NCBI GenBank assembly: GCA_044892525.1
Contig: CM097885.1
Location: 43,340,001 to 43,404,000, forward strand
Reading direction: 5' to 3'
Source of the DNA: Schmidtea polychroa
Taxonomy: Eukaryota
Length of the DNA stretch: 64,000 bases
The position numbers and the translations under genes were made by a program. The notes below the pieces were generated by a model. The model was not told where the DNA came from. It saw nothing but the letters and a program-made list of their open reading frames with translations, and searched no databases. Positions 1-13,100 of the stretch are shown in pieces. The first letter of the stretch is position 1. Each line of letters begins with the position of its first letter.

Positions 1-485
1 TTAGTAATGGAATTGGTAGGATTCTAGTTATCCCTCGAGAAGATTGAGAAATGCCAATAATCCCCCAAAGGATTAAAATATCGGTTACGTATTATTGGGT
101 AAATGCCGATAATCCCTAATGTATTAAAATAATGTGGATCCAATATCGGATGCCTTTCAGAAAAGTATAAAAGGAAAATCTGAAGAGACGAGCTGCCAGT
201 TGGTCGCAGAAACAAAATCAGAGGGCGTTTACGAAATCAAAGAGACCTAAAAGAAGAAAAGAATTCAAGTAAAGCTGGAGAAAATTATAAATTATCGTAT
301 CAGAAAAGATGAATAGCTCTACCTTACGATAACGATTGTCTAAGAAAGAAAGGTGCAAATCGAGTGACTAATTGTAATTGTGATAAAGTTTTAATAAAAT
401 TGTTTCGTGTTGGGTTTTAGTTATTTGATTGGAAAAGGACACGAGGAGTCAGAAACTAACCGACTTGTTAAATAATAACCCAACA
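1..485 (+). mobile_element. 3' part of an LTR (solo LTR or element end), related to the solo LTR at 23292-28307
   Basis: Ends ...AATAACCCAACA at 485, the same terminus as 28296-28307. Both have GGAGTCAGA shortly upstream. TATA-like GTATAAAAG at ~165. Confidence 0.55.
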
Positions 486-736
486 ATACTATCTCAACGT
501 AAATCACGCATCCACATAGTTCTAATTCACGTACACACCGTATATTGGTGTTGTACAATATTCATTACGCAACCATAGCTTATCAACCTCTCACAACTAT
601 TTAGGTCGACTTCTCAATTTTAGCTCCCTAAAATAATGACCAAATAATGAGTAATTTTAAATAATTTATTTTTATTTCGAAACCCTAACCATATTTAAAA
701 TAAAGAATAACATTTTTATAAGTTCATTTTTACATT

Positions 737-916
737 CAGCGCCGTGCTGTAACTTTTGGGGGCCCTGTGCAGAAACTAAAAATTTTTTTTTTCTTTCAAT
801 TCGTAGTAATTTATGGTATTGGAGAAGTTTTTCTAATGTATTTAATATTTGGGGCCCCTCAAAAATAGGGGGCCCAGTGCGATTGCACTTGTTGCACTTG
901 CGATAGTACGGCGCTG
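737..916. mobile_element. hAT-type MITE (180 bp)
   Basis: TIRs CAGCGCCGTGCT / AGTACGGCGCTG; perfect 8-bp TSD TTTACATT (729-736, 917-924); internal GGGGCCC motifs. Confidence 0.9.
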
Positions 917-984
917 TTTACATTTAAATATTTATGTCATTCCTTTGTGAAAGTTATAATTAATTCAATCTTAGTTTCCATGAA

Positions 985-1052
985 CGGGGGGGGGGGGGGG
1001 GCGCAGTGCAACAGGTTCGCCTAAGTTGTCAAATGCTCTAGCGTTGGCCCTG
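985..1052. mobile_element. orphan hAT-like terminal fragment
   Basis: G-run followed by a GC-rich stretch ending ...GTTGGCCCTG (reverse complement CAGGGCC..., a hAT-like terminus); no partner end found. Confidence 0.35.
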
Positions 1053-1425
1053 CTTTTTGGAGAATATTAATTGGCAATTTGAAATTAGTTCGGCGAGGGA
1101 TAATACCAAAATTCGAGGCACAAATGGATTTAATTTTTATTAAAAATCCGAACTTTCCAAAAAATTGACTGATTATTTTATTTTCACTAACTCATTAAAA
1201 GTTAATTAATGTTTTATTGATTATAATTAATTAATTAATTTAATATTAATTGATAATTTGTATTAATTTTGTATTATTTATGTCAAATTGATTACATCAA
1301 AAAAATTATGAATTTAATATTTGATGCTTATATTTGATATATAATTAAATTTATATTTCTTCTGACCAAAAACAGTTAGAGCATTTAATACTTAAATGTA
1401 AAACTATTTTGGAACAGAGAAATTA

Positions 1426-1932
1426 TTATTGATAAGAAAGATTACGGAATTTGGATTTTCTTGGCTTGCATGATCCAATCGTATCGACAGTGACACTGAA
1501 ATGGATGTAAGAATCGGCTATAGCATCGGAATCGGAATTACAATCTTCATTATAATAACTAAAGTCTTTCTTTCGATTAAGGCTATTCACGAAAATTTGT
1601 TTTCTATGATTTTTTCTCTTAGGTAATTTTGGTTGTCTAATGATATTTTTTGGTTTTTCATTGGTTATTTTTGAATGGATTTCATTTTCGAGACTTTGAA
1701 GATTTAGGAAACCTTTCGTATTATTTTCACAAAAATCACCTTTCATCAAATCAAAATTTTTATGTTCATTTATTAAATTTGGTTTGGAATTATTAAAAAT
1801 TCCAAAAAATACTCCATTTGAATTGTTAACGTTTTTTATAGACAATATAATTTTCCTTTCAAATACATTCACGTGGTAACGAAGGCAATTCAAAATTTCC
1901 CATCGTTTTCTTTTATTAAATGAATATTTCAC
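1426..1932 (-). CDS. hypothetical protein (168 aa ORF, possibly one exon or an orphan gene)
   Basis: Long open frame for such AT-rich DNA; no recognisable domain. Confidence 0.3.
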   Translation of the reverse strand: MKYSFNKRKRWEILNCLRYHVNVFERKIILSIKNVNNSNGVFFGIFNNSKPNLINEHKNFDLMKGDFCENNTKGFLNLQSLENEIHSKITNEKPKNIIRQPKLPKRKNHRKQIFVNSLNRKKDFSYYNEDCNSDSDAIADSYIHFSVTVDTIGSCKPRKSKFRNLSYQ

Positions 1933-3278
1933 GAAGCGTGTCCATCTAGAAATTGAATGTTCGTTTCAATTCATTTATAAATAAAATAAGTAACATCTCA
2001 TTTTCGTCAAACAGAAATACATTATTCCTATGAAATGATTTGTATTCGATTTCATGAAACATAAAGAAATGCAATATTCTTATAAAGATAATTAATACAA
2101 TATCATATCAAATACTAATTGGAAAATCTATTCGGAAAGATATTTTTAGAAATTTCTATTATAATATTAAAAAACGTTGTCATTGGCAACATAATTTATT
2201 TATTTGATTTAAAAAATCAGCATTTAAATTTAAAATCAGTTGTATATATTTTTTTTCAATTTTTTTTATATTTATTTATTTTAAAAATATGGGCCAATAA
2301 ATTATTTATTAAACATGATATTTAGGTATAATCGTTTTTAATTGTCTGTAATTATTGATTATTAATACTCACAAATTTGCACAGTATTTCGCATTGTTTT
2401 TTTTCGGACTTAGGCTTTTACTATTTAAATTTAGGAACTTTTATCTAGTTGGGCTAAAATTGATTTTGACCCTAAGTGACTGAGTTGTGATTGAAAGGCA
2501 TCGAAACATAACACGCAGACATAACAATAAGTTCAGTAAAAATCAAACATGTTCAAACATCAATTAAACAAATAAAAATAATTCACTCAATACAAAAATT
2601 GACTAATGTAAAACAAAAGTAATAAGTATTACATGAAATCCACTCAAACACAACATAAATACATAACAGAAGTAGGCAAATTTGAGTTATTGGTGATGAG
2701 GACAGATAAAAATGGAAATTTGAAAGATTTCTACAAGATAACGTTAGAAAATAAAGTAGGGATAAATATTTATCATAACTATGAATAGAAAACTAGAATA
2801 TTCTATAAATATTGCGAAATCCATCGTGGCCATCAAGTAGCTAGTATAAATTAAGTAAAAGATAAAATTTGAAGAGTTAAATTAGCAAAAAATTAACCTG
2901 AAATAACGATAGAATTAAAATAAAAGGGAATTAGTTAGTAAAATCTCTAAAATAACATAGAATATTCTAGAAAATGCCCATATCCATCATGGTGGCAAAT
3001 TTAATTAAAAATAAAATAAATATAAAATTGAAGAAAAAAGTAATCACAATCTATAAAAATTAGCTATCAAAATCGATAAAAATTAGAATTCAAAATTTAG
3101 TAGAATTAAAATAATTCAAATTTGTTTTACTGAATCAATGCACATACTTGTGTTAGGATGCCAACTGGGTCAACACACATTCACTATTTACCAGTTGATG
3201 AAGGTCAATTATTCCAAACCAAAAGTGATTATTGTCGAACGCTAGTCAGACCCCCATGATCGTTCTCGCGCCATGACA

Positions 3279-3410
3279 CCCATGATCTACATCATGTTTG
3301 TAATGTGCCATGACGTCGAAATATAGTGAAGCAGCTGAGCCTCTGCCTTAGGACTACTCCTTCACTATATTCCGATTTGCCCTTTTCTGATGGTCGATAG
3401 AAGGTCTTAC
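3279..3410 (-). ncRNA. candidate conserved structured RNA element (copy 1)
   Basis: Aligns to 48741-48869 with compensatory stem changes; + strand A.C mismatches become G.U pairs on the - strand. Confidence 0.55.
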
Positions 3411-3666
3411 GTAGGATTCATTGAAGCTTAGGAAAAACACTTGCACTACTTAGAGCCGTTGTTACCGACATATACCACACATAATTGAATAACACAGATA
3501 ACGCAATAAGATTATAATTTTGTACATAATACATAGAAATAACAGATGAAATTCTACAGAGATTTTCATACGGAAAACATAAACAGAAAATGAAAAACAC
3601 AGTTACATAAAATGATTTCTGCAGTCCAGGCTTTAACTTAGTGGTGCGTGCGTTGATTATTCATAA

Positions 3667-4416
3667 TCAGGAGAATGTCTTTTTAGCAAAGAGACCTTCA
3701 AGATCGAAGAAATCTGTAGACTTTTCCTCCCACGGTGTACTTGAAGGAGGTATGACCCGAAATTGCCATGCTGGTACGATTAAAGCCTTGGATTGAGCCT
3801 GCAAAGCTGCTTGAACACTTTCAACGATCAATTTTTCCTCTCGCTCGGCTTGCAGTATTTTGCGCTTCTTATTTCGCTCGGAAGGAGTCGGTTGTCGGCA
3901 CTTAGCTTTGGCCGGTTGCACCGAAAGAGTGACCGATTTTGGTACTACGTTGAATCTTGGAGCCACCTGGCTGATCCCGGTGATGCTGACATCGGGAGTT
4001 GTGGGCGATATGAGAGTGTCCACACAACTCTAGCATGACTTTCCCATCGGTTGGGCAAGTTTCATCAGATAATGATGATTCAAGAAAACGTTATATTCCT
4101 CATAGATCGGTATGTTGACGATCTTCTTATTAATGGTGGCCTGTACGTAAACCTTACGTAGAGCTTCCGATTGCTTTTTAATGAGTAGTCGTTGCGAATA
4201 GCTTTCCTCGACTAGGCTATCGCGGCAGTGTTCAACCCTAGCCAGCTTTTTCCTCATCTCCTTCCTATGCGTGGGTGTGAACCAAGTCCCTTCGAATTCG
4301 TCGATCTTCTTCTTCAGCAGACCTATCTGACCTTGCAGGGTTTTAATGATAGCATTTTTGTCTGCAAATGAGTAACAAGGTTTGAGTGTCGTTGTTGTAG
4401 AGGATTTTCCTGACAT
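3667..4416 (-). pseudogene. ~250-codon coiled-coil-like ORF of element A interrupted by one in-frame TAG (4030-4032)
   Basis: The two track ORFs are in the same frame (...GKSC*SCVDT...). The ATG follows a splice acceptor (TTTTGTAG|AAAATG). Shares FExTWF and KLARVx(A)HCR motifs with ORF 36855-37316. Confidence 0.6.
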
Positions 4417-5599
4417 TTTCTACAAAATTAATGGTGTGATATTAAACTGTCTACGGCAAGTAGATGATTAGAAAACGTAGCAAGGAGATGAATATACATC
4501 AAAACTTAGATACCTGGACGTTAACCAAGTAAAATCCACGAGTGACACGTGAACGTGGAAGCTCATCGCTGTTGACGATGTGGTTTGAACATAACAAAAG
4601 GTTTTTAAAATTAATTTAAGTCATCATTAGTTAGCTACTTATTAACTAAATTAAAGGTCTGAATGCTTTAATATTCTCAATAAAGCAAAATAGTTCAAGT
4701 GGTAAATTTCTATTTCTGTTAATTAAACTAAAATTGCAATTATTTATTATTGTCGATTAAACAAAATGATTTACTTATTAATAATCGAATTAAAATTCGA
4801 ATTGCATAATAATCTCAATCAAACTAGATGAGTTAACTTATAACCAGTTAATTATTGTTAAAGTTTGGATAAATTAGTAATATCAATGAAACAAAATAAT
4901 CTAAGTTACCATAGTAACCTGCTTTTATTTAATTCCAGGTTCGAAATTATTTTCTCCTGCGGCGACAGACCGGTGGATAAAATATACACTTTGCAGCCCG
5001 ATCAATCCGCATGAGTCTGAAAGACCAGCCGACCTACTTACCAGAACAAACATTCAGGTCCCTCAAGCTGTGGCCTACTGGGTTCCAGCCTCATGATAAC
5101 TATTTAATATATACAATTATAAATAAAAATTTATGACAGTGAATCAATTTATTAAAAGGAAATCATTAAGACAAAATTGGTTAACAAAAGTTTAGTACTA
5201 AATTTTCACAGTGAAATTACAACTCTAGTATTGAAAAGTATTAGCCAAAATGTTTACTAAAAGACTATTACCGAAAAGTATTAGTCACAATGCATTACTA
5301 CAACATTACTCTCGAAAGGAGAAAACCGAATTATTCATTTTATGAAGGTTTTTATTAGAAAATTACATTACAATGATCATTATTATACTAATAATACACT
5401 TTAAACTTATCATGTACAAAACATAATAAACAAAAAATTACTGATGCTAAATTTTGATTAATTCCAAAAATATTCAGCGAAGTTTATTCCAATTGAATAG
5501 TCCGAGATGAAATTGAATAATGAATAGGTTCGAGTGATTGGTTGTGCTGAGACTAGGTTTTCGCTAAATGCTATACACTAAATGTAACTCGTTAAAATT

Positions 5600-5670
5600 G
5601 AACAGTGGAAGTCATATTTCAATGCGGTCCTTATATAGATTTTATGGAATTATTCGGACCAATCAAAATC
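5600..5670 (-). promoter_or_regulatory. putative Pol II promoter of element A
   Basis: - strand reads GATTGG (CCAAT box) ... CTATATAAGG (TATA), upstream of the spliced ORF; a similar TATA occurs in element B at ~39720. Confidence 0.4.
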
Positions 5671-7207
5671 GAGTGGATATATTTTATTTATTTTATTTTT
5701 AAATACATATGTTATTGTTTATTTTGTTGCTTTTTTCGTTGTGATTTTTAATTATTTTTAATTGTTTATTTATTTTTATTAAAACTAGTAATCTTTTGTC
5801 TAATTTTAGTTTAATGCCTTTTATCGGTGACTTTGGTGCTTTTTCGTTGTAATTGCTATTTTTTCCAATTTTATTTTAATTCTGCATTTTAATTTTTCTA
5901 TATTTTACTTTATTAATGTATTTCTTTCATTTCTTATTCCTAAGTGGTTGTGCTATCTTAAGCGACTTCATACTGTTCCACTCTTTTATTTGATTGTGCG
6001 AAGAAATAAGAGTAGTTTTGGATAATTTATTCGCTCTCTAATTCTAAACCCAACAAACCCAAAATGTATAACATAACATTTAACAAAACATAAGATGCAC
6101 CATTTTTTCCGAAAATATTTGCAGATAAATTGAAATTTTGGTTGGTAATTTTTAACTAATAAACATAAAACTTTGTAGTTTAATATGTTGCCATATACAG
6201 ATAGATTTTGGATGACATGGGCCGAAGTATTAAAGAATTCGAGCTGACAAAGTGCTATAGTACGGTCCAAACAGATTTCGGGTAAATGTATACGTAGAGC
6301 CCGCACAATAAGCAATGAATCAAATCGCAAATCTGTGCAATCCAGAACCAAGTTCAAATCTTTCTGACATCAAGACAATTCGATGTATCCGAACAATGTT
6401 AATTTAGGTAAATAGACAATTCACTGATATATAGTTTTTATTGAACAATTCATTTATGTTTTAGTGATAAAAAATTGTAAATATTTTAGTGATGGTTTAT
6501 GTGTTTATATCTTTAATATGATTCCTTTATTTTATGTGCATCAATATATACAATGTATACTATATATTTTAATACAAAAAATATATGTTTAACGGGGAAG
6601 TAATTAATTGTTATAATTTAAAATGGGGTTATTAATTAAAAAAATTAGCATATTCTTAAAGATCACTAAAATATAATTTGAGTTGAGAACATATGTTTTG
6701 AAAAAATCAAGAAAAATTAAGAAATATTGCAATAGCAAACATATGGATTTGAATAATAATGATTTAAGTGCAATTTAGAATTCCGACAGTAACACATTTT
6801 ATAATGCTTGAAAAATAATAATTACATTTTTGCAGTATTGCAAAATAACAATCAATAATAATAATAGTTAAGGGTTCAAGAATGACACATTTTTTTCTAA
6901 TATAATTGTAAAATAATAATAATAATAATTAACACATTTTGACAGTACTTGGATACAATTACAAAATATATTAAATTAAATTTAATATTAACAAAAAACA
7001 CAGAAACAATATAAATAGGGACTTAAAATCATTATTCTTTCTACACCGTTTTTTTCAAGTGTAATTTCCATATATAACACTCGTAAATATTAATGCCAAA
7101 AATTTATATTAAAAAGAAGACATTGGTTTACAATCGCAAACAGAATGAAAATAAATATCTACAAGTTTGAACTTGCCTATATATATTAACAATTTGATTA
7201 TGATTTA

Positions 7208-7290
7208 CAGTAAAATTTTCAACATAGTGGTCGCCAAAAACATTCAAAACATTGAAATGTTTGGCGACCAATATGTTGAAAATTTTACTA
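7208..7290. repeat. ~80-bp near-perfect palindrome, probably a collapsed Tc1/mariner MITE
   Basis: (TA)CAGTAAAATTTTCAACATAGTGGTCGCCAAA ... TTTGGCGACCAATATGTTGAAAATTTTACT. Confidence 0.7.
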
Positions 7291-7607
7291 AAAAGACAAT
7301 AATAAATTTTAATGTAACAGGAAAATGAGAATAAATTTTATGGGAACTTTGTTTTACTTTTTCAGTTAGATAACTTGTTTTACGGCAAATAGATGGCAAA
7401 TTGTTTAAGCTATTCATTTAATTAAAATACACATGAATTACATATTTCCTGAATTTAAATTATAATCCGTATTTTTAATTAAATTTTACAAATTCAATTA
7501 GTTATAATTATTAACATTTTATTTAATGTAAATTTAATATATAAATAAAATTTAGCTTATATTTAAACGAATGTTATTTACTTAGAGGAAAATAAAAATT
7601 ATCTAAA

Positions 7608-8911
7608 ATGGACTTAGGGTAATAAATCAAAATTAATTAAAATTAAAATTTAATTTTATAATTAAGTGAATTTGAAGTATTCAAAAAGCATTTATACGAT
7701 GGAAATCTTGAAGAATTAAGAAATGCTTTTAAAGCTGACTTCGCTGATAAATTGATAGATTTCAGCGTAAGAACTCTTGAAAATTTTAATAATTGACTAA
7801 AAGTATGCTTAGTCACAAAAAAGAGTCATTCATTATGCATTATCAAAAGGATTTACGGATATAGTAAAATTTCTAATCGACAACAACTGTAACATTGAAA
7901 CCTCAACAAAAGTTAAAATTCCTTGATTTACGATTTGAATTACAAATTCATTTAGACACTAATGCGACCGATTCATTTTGTGTCTAAAGATGGTCATCTG
8001 GAATTGGCAAAACTGTTAATTGAAAAAAATTGCAATATCGAGTCAGAAACTCAAGTAAATATTTCAAAAAATTTGAGTCCAGATTTATGGGATACTAATT
8101 ACAACAGTACAAACGAAGAGCTATTCATTTGGCTTGTGGAAATGCTCACGTGGATATTGTGAAACTTTTAATTGAGAATAATTGCTCGTTGGAGTGTGAA
8201 ACACAAGTTGAAACATAATTTATTAATGAATACTATTTATTATTAATTATTATTTGTTAATCAAAAATTACAAAATTGCCTATGATAAAACAGTATGCGA
8301 GGAGACGGGGGGGGGGTACAGGACCTACCAATTATATTAATAAAAGTTCATAAACGATAATCATGTAGTTTAGTATCCCAAATTATTTTATACACCAACT
8401 GGCACATGATTATCATCAAATGGCCATTGATTTGCATTTTTAATAATATAAATATTAACTTACCTATAATAAATGTGTGTGTGTGTGTCATAGCCAGAAG
8501 GGACATTGAATTAGCTAGGTGACATTAAATTGGCAATTACACTATAGAAAGATAGAAAATTTAAAATCAATATATTTAAAATCAATATTTTTAAAATCAA
8601 TAAAAACGGTAAAAAAATGATATATGATAAATAAAGTCCATTCTACAATTCTAATGATTTTCTTTAATTTAAAAAAATATTATTTCAAATATTCAGTTCA
8701 AAAAATATTGTGAAGATCGATTATAATCGATTATATTTAGTTTTTGCCATATTGAAAATAAATGAAATACCATCCAAAAAAATATTAAAAGTTACCAAAA
8801 AATATAATCGATTATATGCGATAATTATGTAATCTAGACTTGAATTAGCCCTTATTTATTTATTTTCACCATCATCCGAAATCTTACTTAATAATAATAA
8901 TTAATAATAAT

Positions 8912-8953
<42 letters not shown>

Positions 8954-10114
8954 ATAAACTTTAAAATTAATTTGTCGATAGCGGAATCAATTATTAAAAT
9001 ATAATTTAAATAAATAACTATATAAGCGATAATTTAGTGTTTATTCATTAAATGAAATATTTTGACCTAAAATAGTTCCTGATCACTCCAATACAAAAAA
9101 AATTACCAAGTCTTTCTTTTTTAACTTCCACTCTGATTTAATCTTTCTTCTCTCACAAAATAATTAACAAAATATTCCATTTTAATCAAATTAAAACGCA
9201 TTTCTGAATAAATCCATACAATCATACTACAGTCCTCGCAAAAAATTCCAATTTAGGATATTGATGTTCAATAAGTTTCTAACAAAATCGCTGTTGGAAG
9301 AAAAATAATTAAATAAATACAAACACGGTTCACAAAATTTCTATAATATAAAATACACACTATAGGACATTGATTTATCATAAGGACATTCAATTAGCTA
9401 CAAAATTTCATTTTTAAAACAAATAATTATCAAAATGTTCGAAGATATTTCAGAATTTCTTCAGAATCGACTATTCCATTTCAAGAAATTCATAGAAATG
9501 TGTAAGTTTTTCATTAAACTTTAGTTATTTTTTTAAAATCTTTATAGAATAATCATTGCTGATAAAGAAAGAAAAATTAAAATCATGGAAGATGGCCATG
9601 ATTATTACGAATTAGGTCGAATTATCGGAATTAAACGGAATACAATAACCAGCATTATTATGAAATATAGGAAGACTGGAATTTTATCCGCAGGAACAAG
9701 AGGAGGCAATCGACCAACAATTATCACAACAATTATTGGTCAGGAATTATTGAACTATGTCGAAAGAAATTATTATTCGACATTAAATCAAATGAGCTTG
9801 TTTTTATCCACAAATCACAATGTAGAAATTTCAACTAAGTCAATCATTATTTTAACAAAAAATCTTAAAATTAACTAAAATCCAAAACAAAACTCATTTG
9901 ACATTGCTAAATGAATGTCTCACTTATTGTCATCAAATGCGCTTTGGTGTAGGATTTAGTTATTTAAACAATAATTTGGAAATGCCAAGTCGGACTAGAG
10001 AATTTATTGAAATAGGGAACGTTGAACAGTCAATTAATAATCAACAGATACTAAATGATAATTAGAACTTTACGTCACTGCTTCCAGAGCACAGGCTGAT
10101 TTTATGAAATCGTT

Positions 10115-10147
<33 letters not shown>

Positions 10148-13100
10148 TAAACGCTAGATTTTAAACTTAAACCGCTTTATTTATATCATTCCAAAAATCC
10201 AACGTTTTTTAAAGGGCTTGATAAGAAAAAATTGCCCGTTATATGAAGATCCAACAACAAAGCTTGAATGACCAAAAATATCTTCGAAGATTGGCACAAA
10301 ATTATTTTTATCCAGATGCGAGACAATAACTATAGCAACAAGGCCTTGCTTATTTTGGATAATCCGATTGATTTATCTGAAGATGGGGAGATTGAGTATC
10401 TTCCTCTAATCGTTGAGGAGTATATGGGCCGAACAGTCGAATTAAGCCAGCTCAAATTTGCTCATACATTCTCCCGCTGTATACAGCACCAATGCGTCTC
10501 ACCCACGTGGGTATACAGTCGGTTGGTTGAAACAGTCGTGTTAGGCGTTCTAGGCTTTACCGCCAGAATAGAGAACTTTACCCCTAACGAATACACCATA
10601 AAAAAGCTTAACGGTACCGGAGTCAAGATATGTAAAACCCCTAGGACGCTGACATTCCCAAAACTGCAACAGCTCTGATCCAGCCAATGGATCAGGGTGC
10701 AATAGCCACATTCAAGGCATATTATCTACACAGGACATTTCGAAAACTTATGAACGAAACCGATGGTGAATCTTCGGTTAGACAATTTTGGAAAAACTAC
10801 AACATCAAAAATGATGTTTATAACATAAGCAAATCGTGAAAGGAATTCAAATCAACCACAATGAATAATATTTGGAAAAACATACGGCCAGGATGCATAA
10901 AAACTAATTATCTTGATGTTGATCCTCTTCCTGAAATTTGACAAAACATATTGAACCTATCAAATGATCTTGGTTTTGAGGATTTGGATGAAGGTGTAGT
11001 GCTTCATTTATTAGATGCTGATAGAGAACCCCTTTCACATGAGGAGCTGATTCAATTAGAAGCAGAAAAATCAATTGATGACGAGCAAGAACCTGCTGTA
11101 TCCAAACAGCTAACATCATAGAACTTGTCGAATGCGCTTTCTTATTTCGAACAAGGAATAAAAATCCTTTTTCAAAATGATCCCTAAGTAGAACGCTGCA
11201 ATATGTTCCTCGAGCAATTAACTCAACCATTAGTTGTTATAAGGAACTGAAAAAAGAAACAGAAAGCATGGCAGGACAAGCAACGGTGCACAATTTTTTT
11301 AAACCAGGTAAATCCACAACAGCGGAAAGTGATGATGAAGTACAATAGTTTGTTAGTTTCAGTTCATTATAATACATATGTTATACTTGTTATGTGTTTT
11401 TATTTTATATGTAAGCAATGTTTGTATGAAATGCATATAAAGAAATAAATTAATATAAGATAAAAAACTACGTTATGTATTTTATCAAAAATTAGAACCG
11501 ATCATATTAAAATTATATGGGTTTATATCTAAATAATCGACTCGTTATACGGCTTTTCGCTTTGCGGCCAACTTTCACGGAACGTAAAATGTTAGTGTCT
11601 TTGAATTTTAGATCTATAATATATATTTTTTCCACATTTTTCACATTGATTAAATTCTATAATTTACATTTTAAATTTTTATTTCATTTTTAAAAACTTC
11701 CAAATTGCACCGTTGCACATTTATTTGATGTGCTTATCAATTCACCTTCCAAACTCCTCCTTCAAGCCTCTGGTATGCCAGCAACTCCAGATTTATCTGG
11801 TTTCATCCTTGACTAAATCTAATTGAATAGCTCCGCTTTATCTTCTCAAACTAATGAAAAAGCCCTTGTTACGGCAATCACAAGTGATTCATAGTTAAAA
11901 ATGGTTTTTTTTGCTTGTCTTGCCATGCTTTCTGCTTCTTTTTTCAGTTCCTTATAACAGCTAATGGTTGAGTTAATTGCTCGAGGAACTTATGGCTGCG
12001 TTCTACTTGATGTATTAAACACTTTGATGATATGGCATGGATCTTCAATAAACTGCAAATTCTTGTTATTAATAAAATAGACTTTGATGGATCAAAATTT
12101 GTGAATACTTTGATTGGATTGGTCACAGATCTTCAGAAGACTTATTTGATATTATCACATACCTCAATGATCTGCTTCGATTTGAACTCGAATTTACTGA
12201 ACAATTGTGAATTAAGTCACATTAAAATGATTGTTTGATTGCTAGCTTCTTTAACAAATAACCATACAAGACAGGAACTATTTAAAACTATTTGGAATGT
12301 TACCCAAACCGGCTGTCACAATATGTGCTATACTATTCGAGGCACTTATGTCATCATCGATAACATTATTGAAGAATTTGAAGATAAAGATATCATTGTA
12401 ATGAGAGCAAATGAAAGCATTGCAAATCTGACAGTTGCTAAGAGCTTACAGGAGAGTGTGTCAGATTATATTGTTTTAGCGAAAATTATTATTCTGGCTG
12501 AAAGAGCAGATTGCACAATCGAGTCTGTATTGAAACAACTTTCGAATTTGCAGTTTATTGAAGATCCATGCCATATCAAAGAGTAGATTGAATTAAGACT
12601 CATGAAACATGGTTTAAAAAATAATTGATAAAGATTATTTTTATAATCAAAAGTTATTTCATTTTATTCAACATATACATTGCAGCTAAAGGCTTATATT
12701 ATCATTTACTTGCTTTTATTACCTTGTGTAATAAATTCCTGCGTTTTTTGTTTATAAAATTTATTGAAGAAAGCAATAGTTATAAAAAGAAATTAATTCA
12801 TGATATATTCGTCATCATTAGTTATGACTTTTTCCCACCTGTCAACCAACTTGTGATAACGCCAATCAAACATTCTTTTAACGATTTATTTTGACAGTTT
12901 TCCTGTCATCATCAGGTGGGATATAATAACTATAATAACTATATTAACTTTTTTATTTAATAAAAAACATTTAATTATTTTTAAAAATTATAATTAAATT
13001 AATATATTATTTTTAAAAATTTTAAACATTCAAAATTTAATTTAATAATTTAAAAAATTTTATTAATTGTTTAATTTAACTCAACAATCAATACATACAA

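Larger units (their letters stand above)
2480..5960 (-). mobile_element. multi-kb LTR-like element A with internal promoter, spliced ORF and structured RNA (termini approximate)
   Basis: On the - strand: A-rich 5' part, CCAAT and TATATAAG (~5630-5665), splice signals, ORF 4416->3667, conserved RNA structure 3410->3279, T-rich 3' part. Its 3' part matches 41610-42050 in the opposite orientation. No TSD resolved. Confidence 0.55.

Noticed and set aside
5986..6357. 123-aa ORF with TTG start
   Set aside because: No ATG, upstream in-frame stop and no recognisable motif; cannot support a call.
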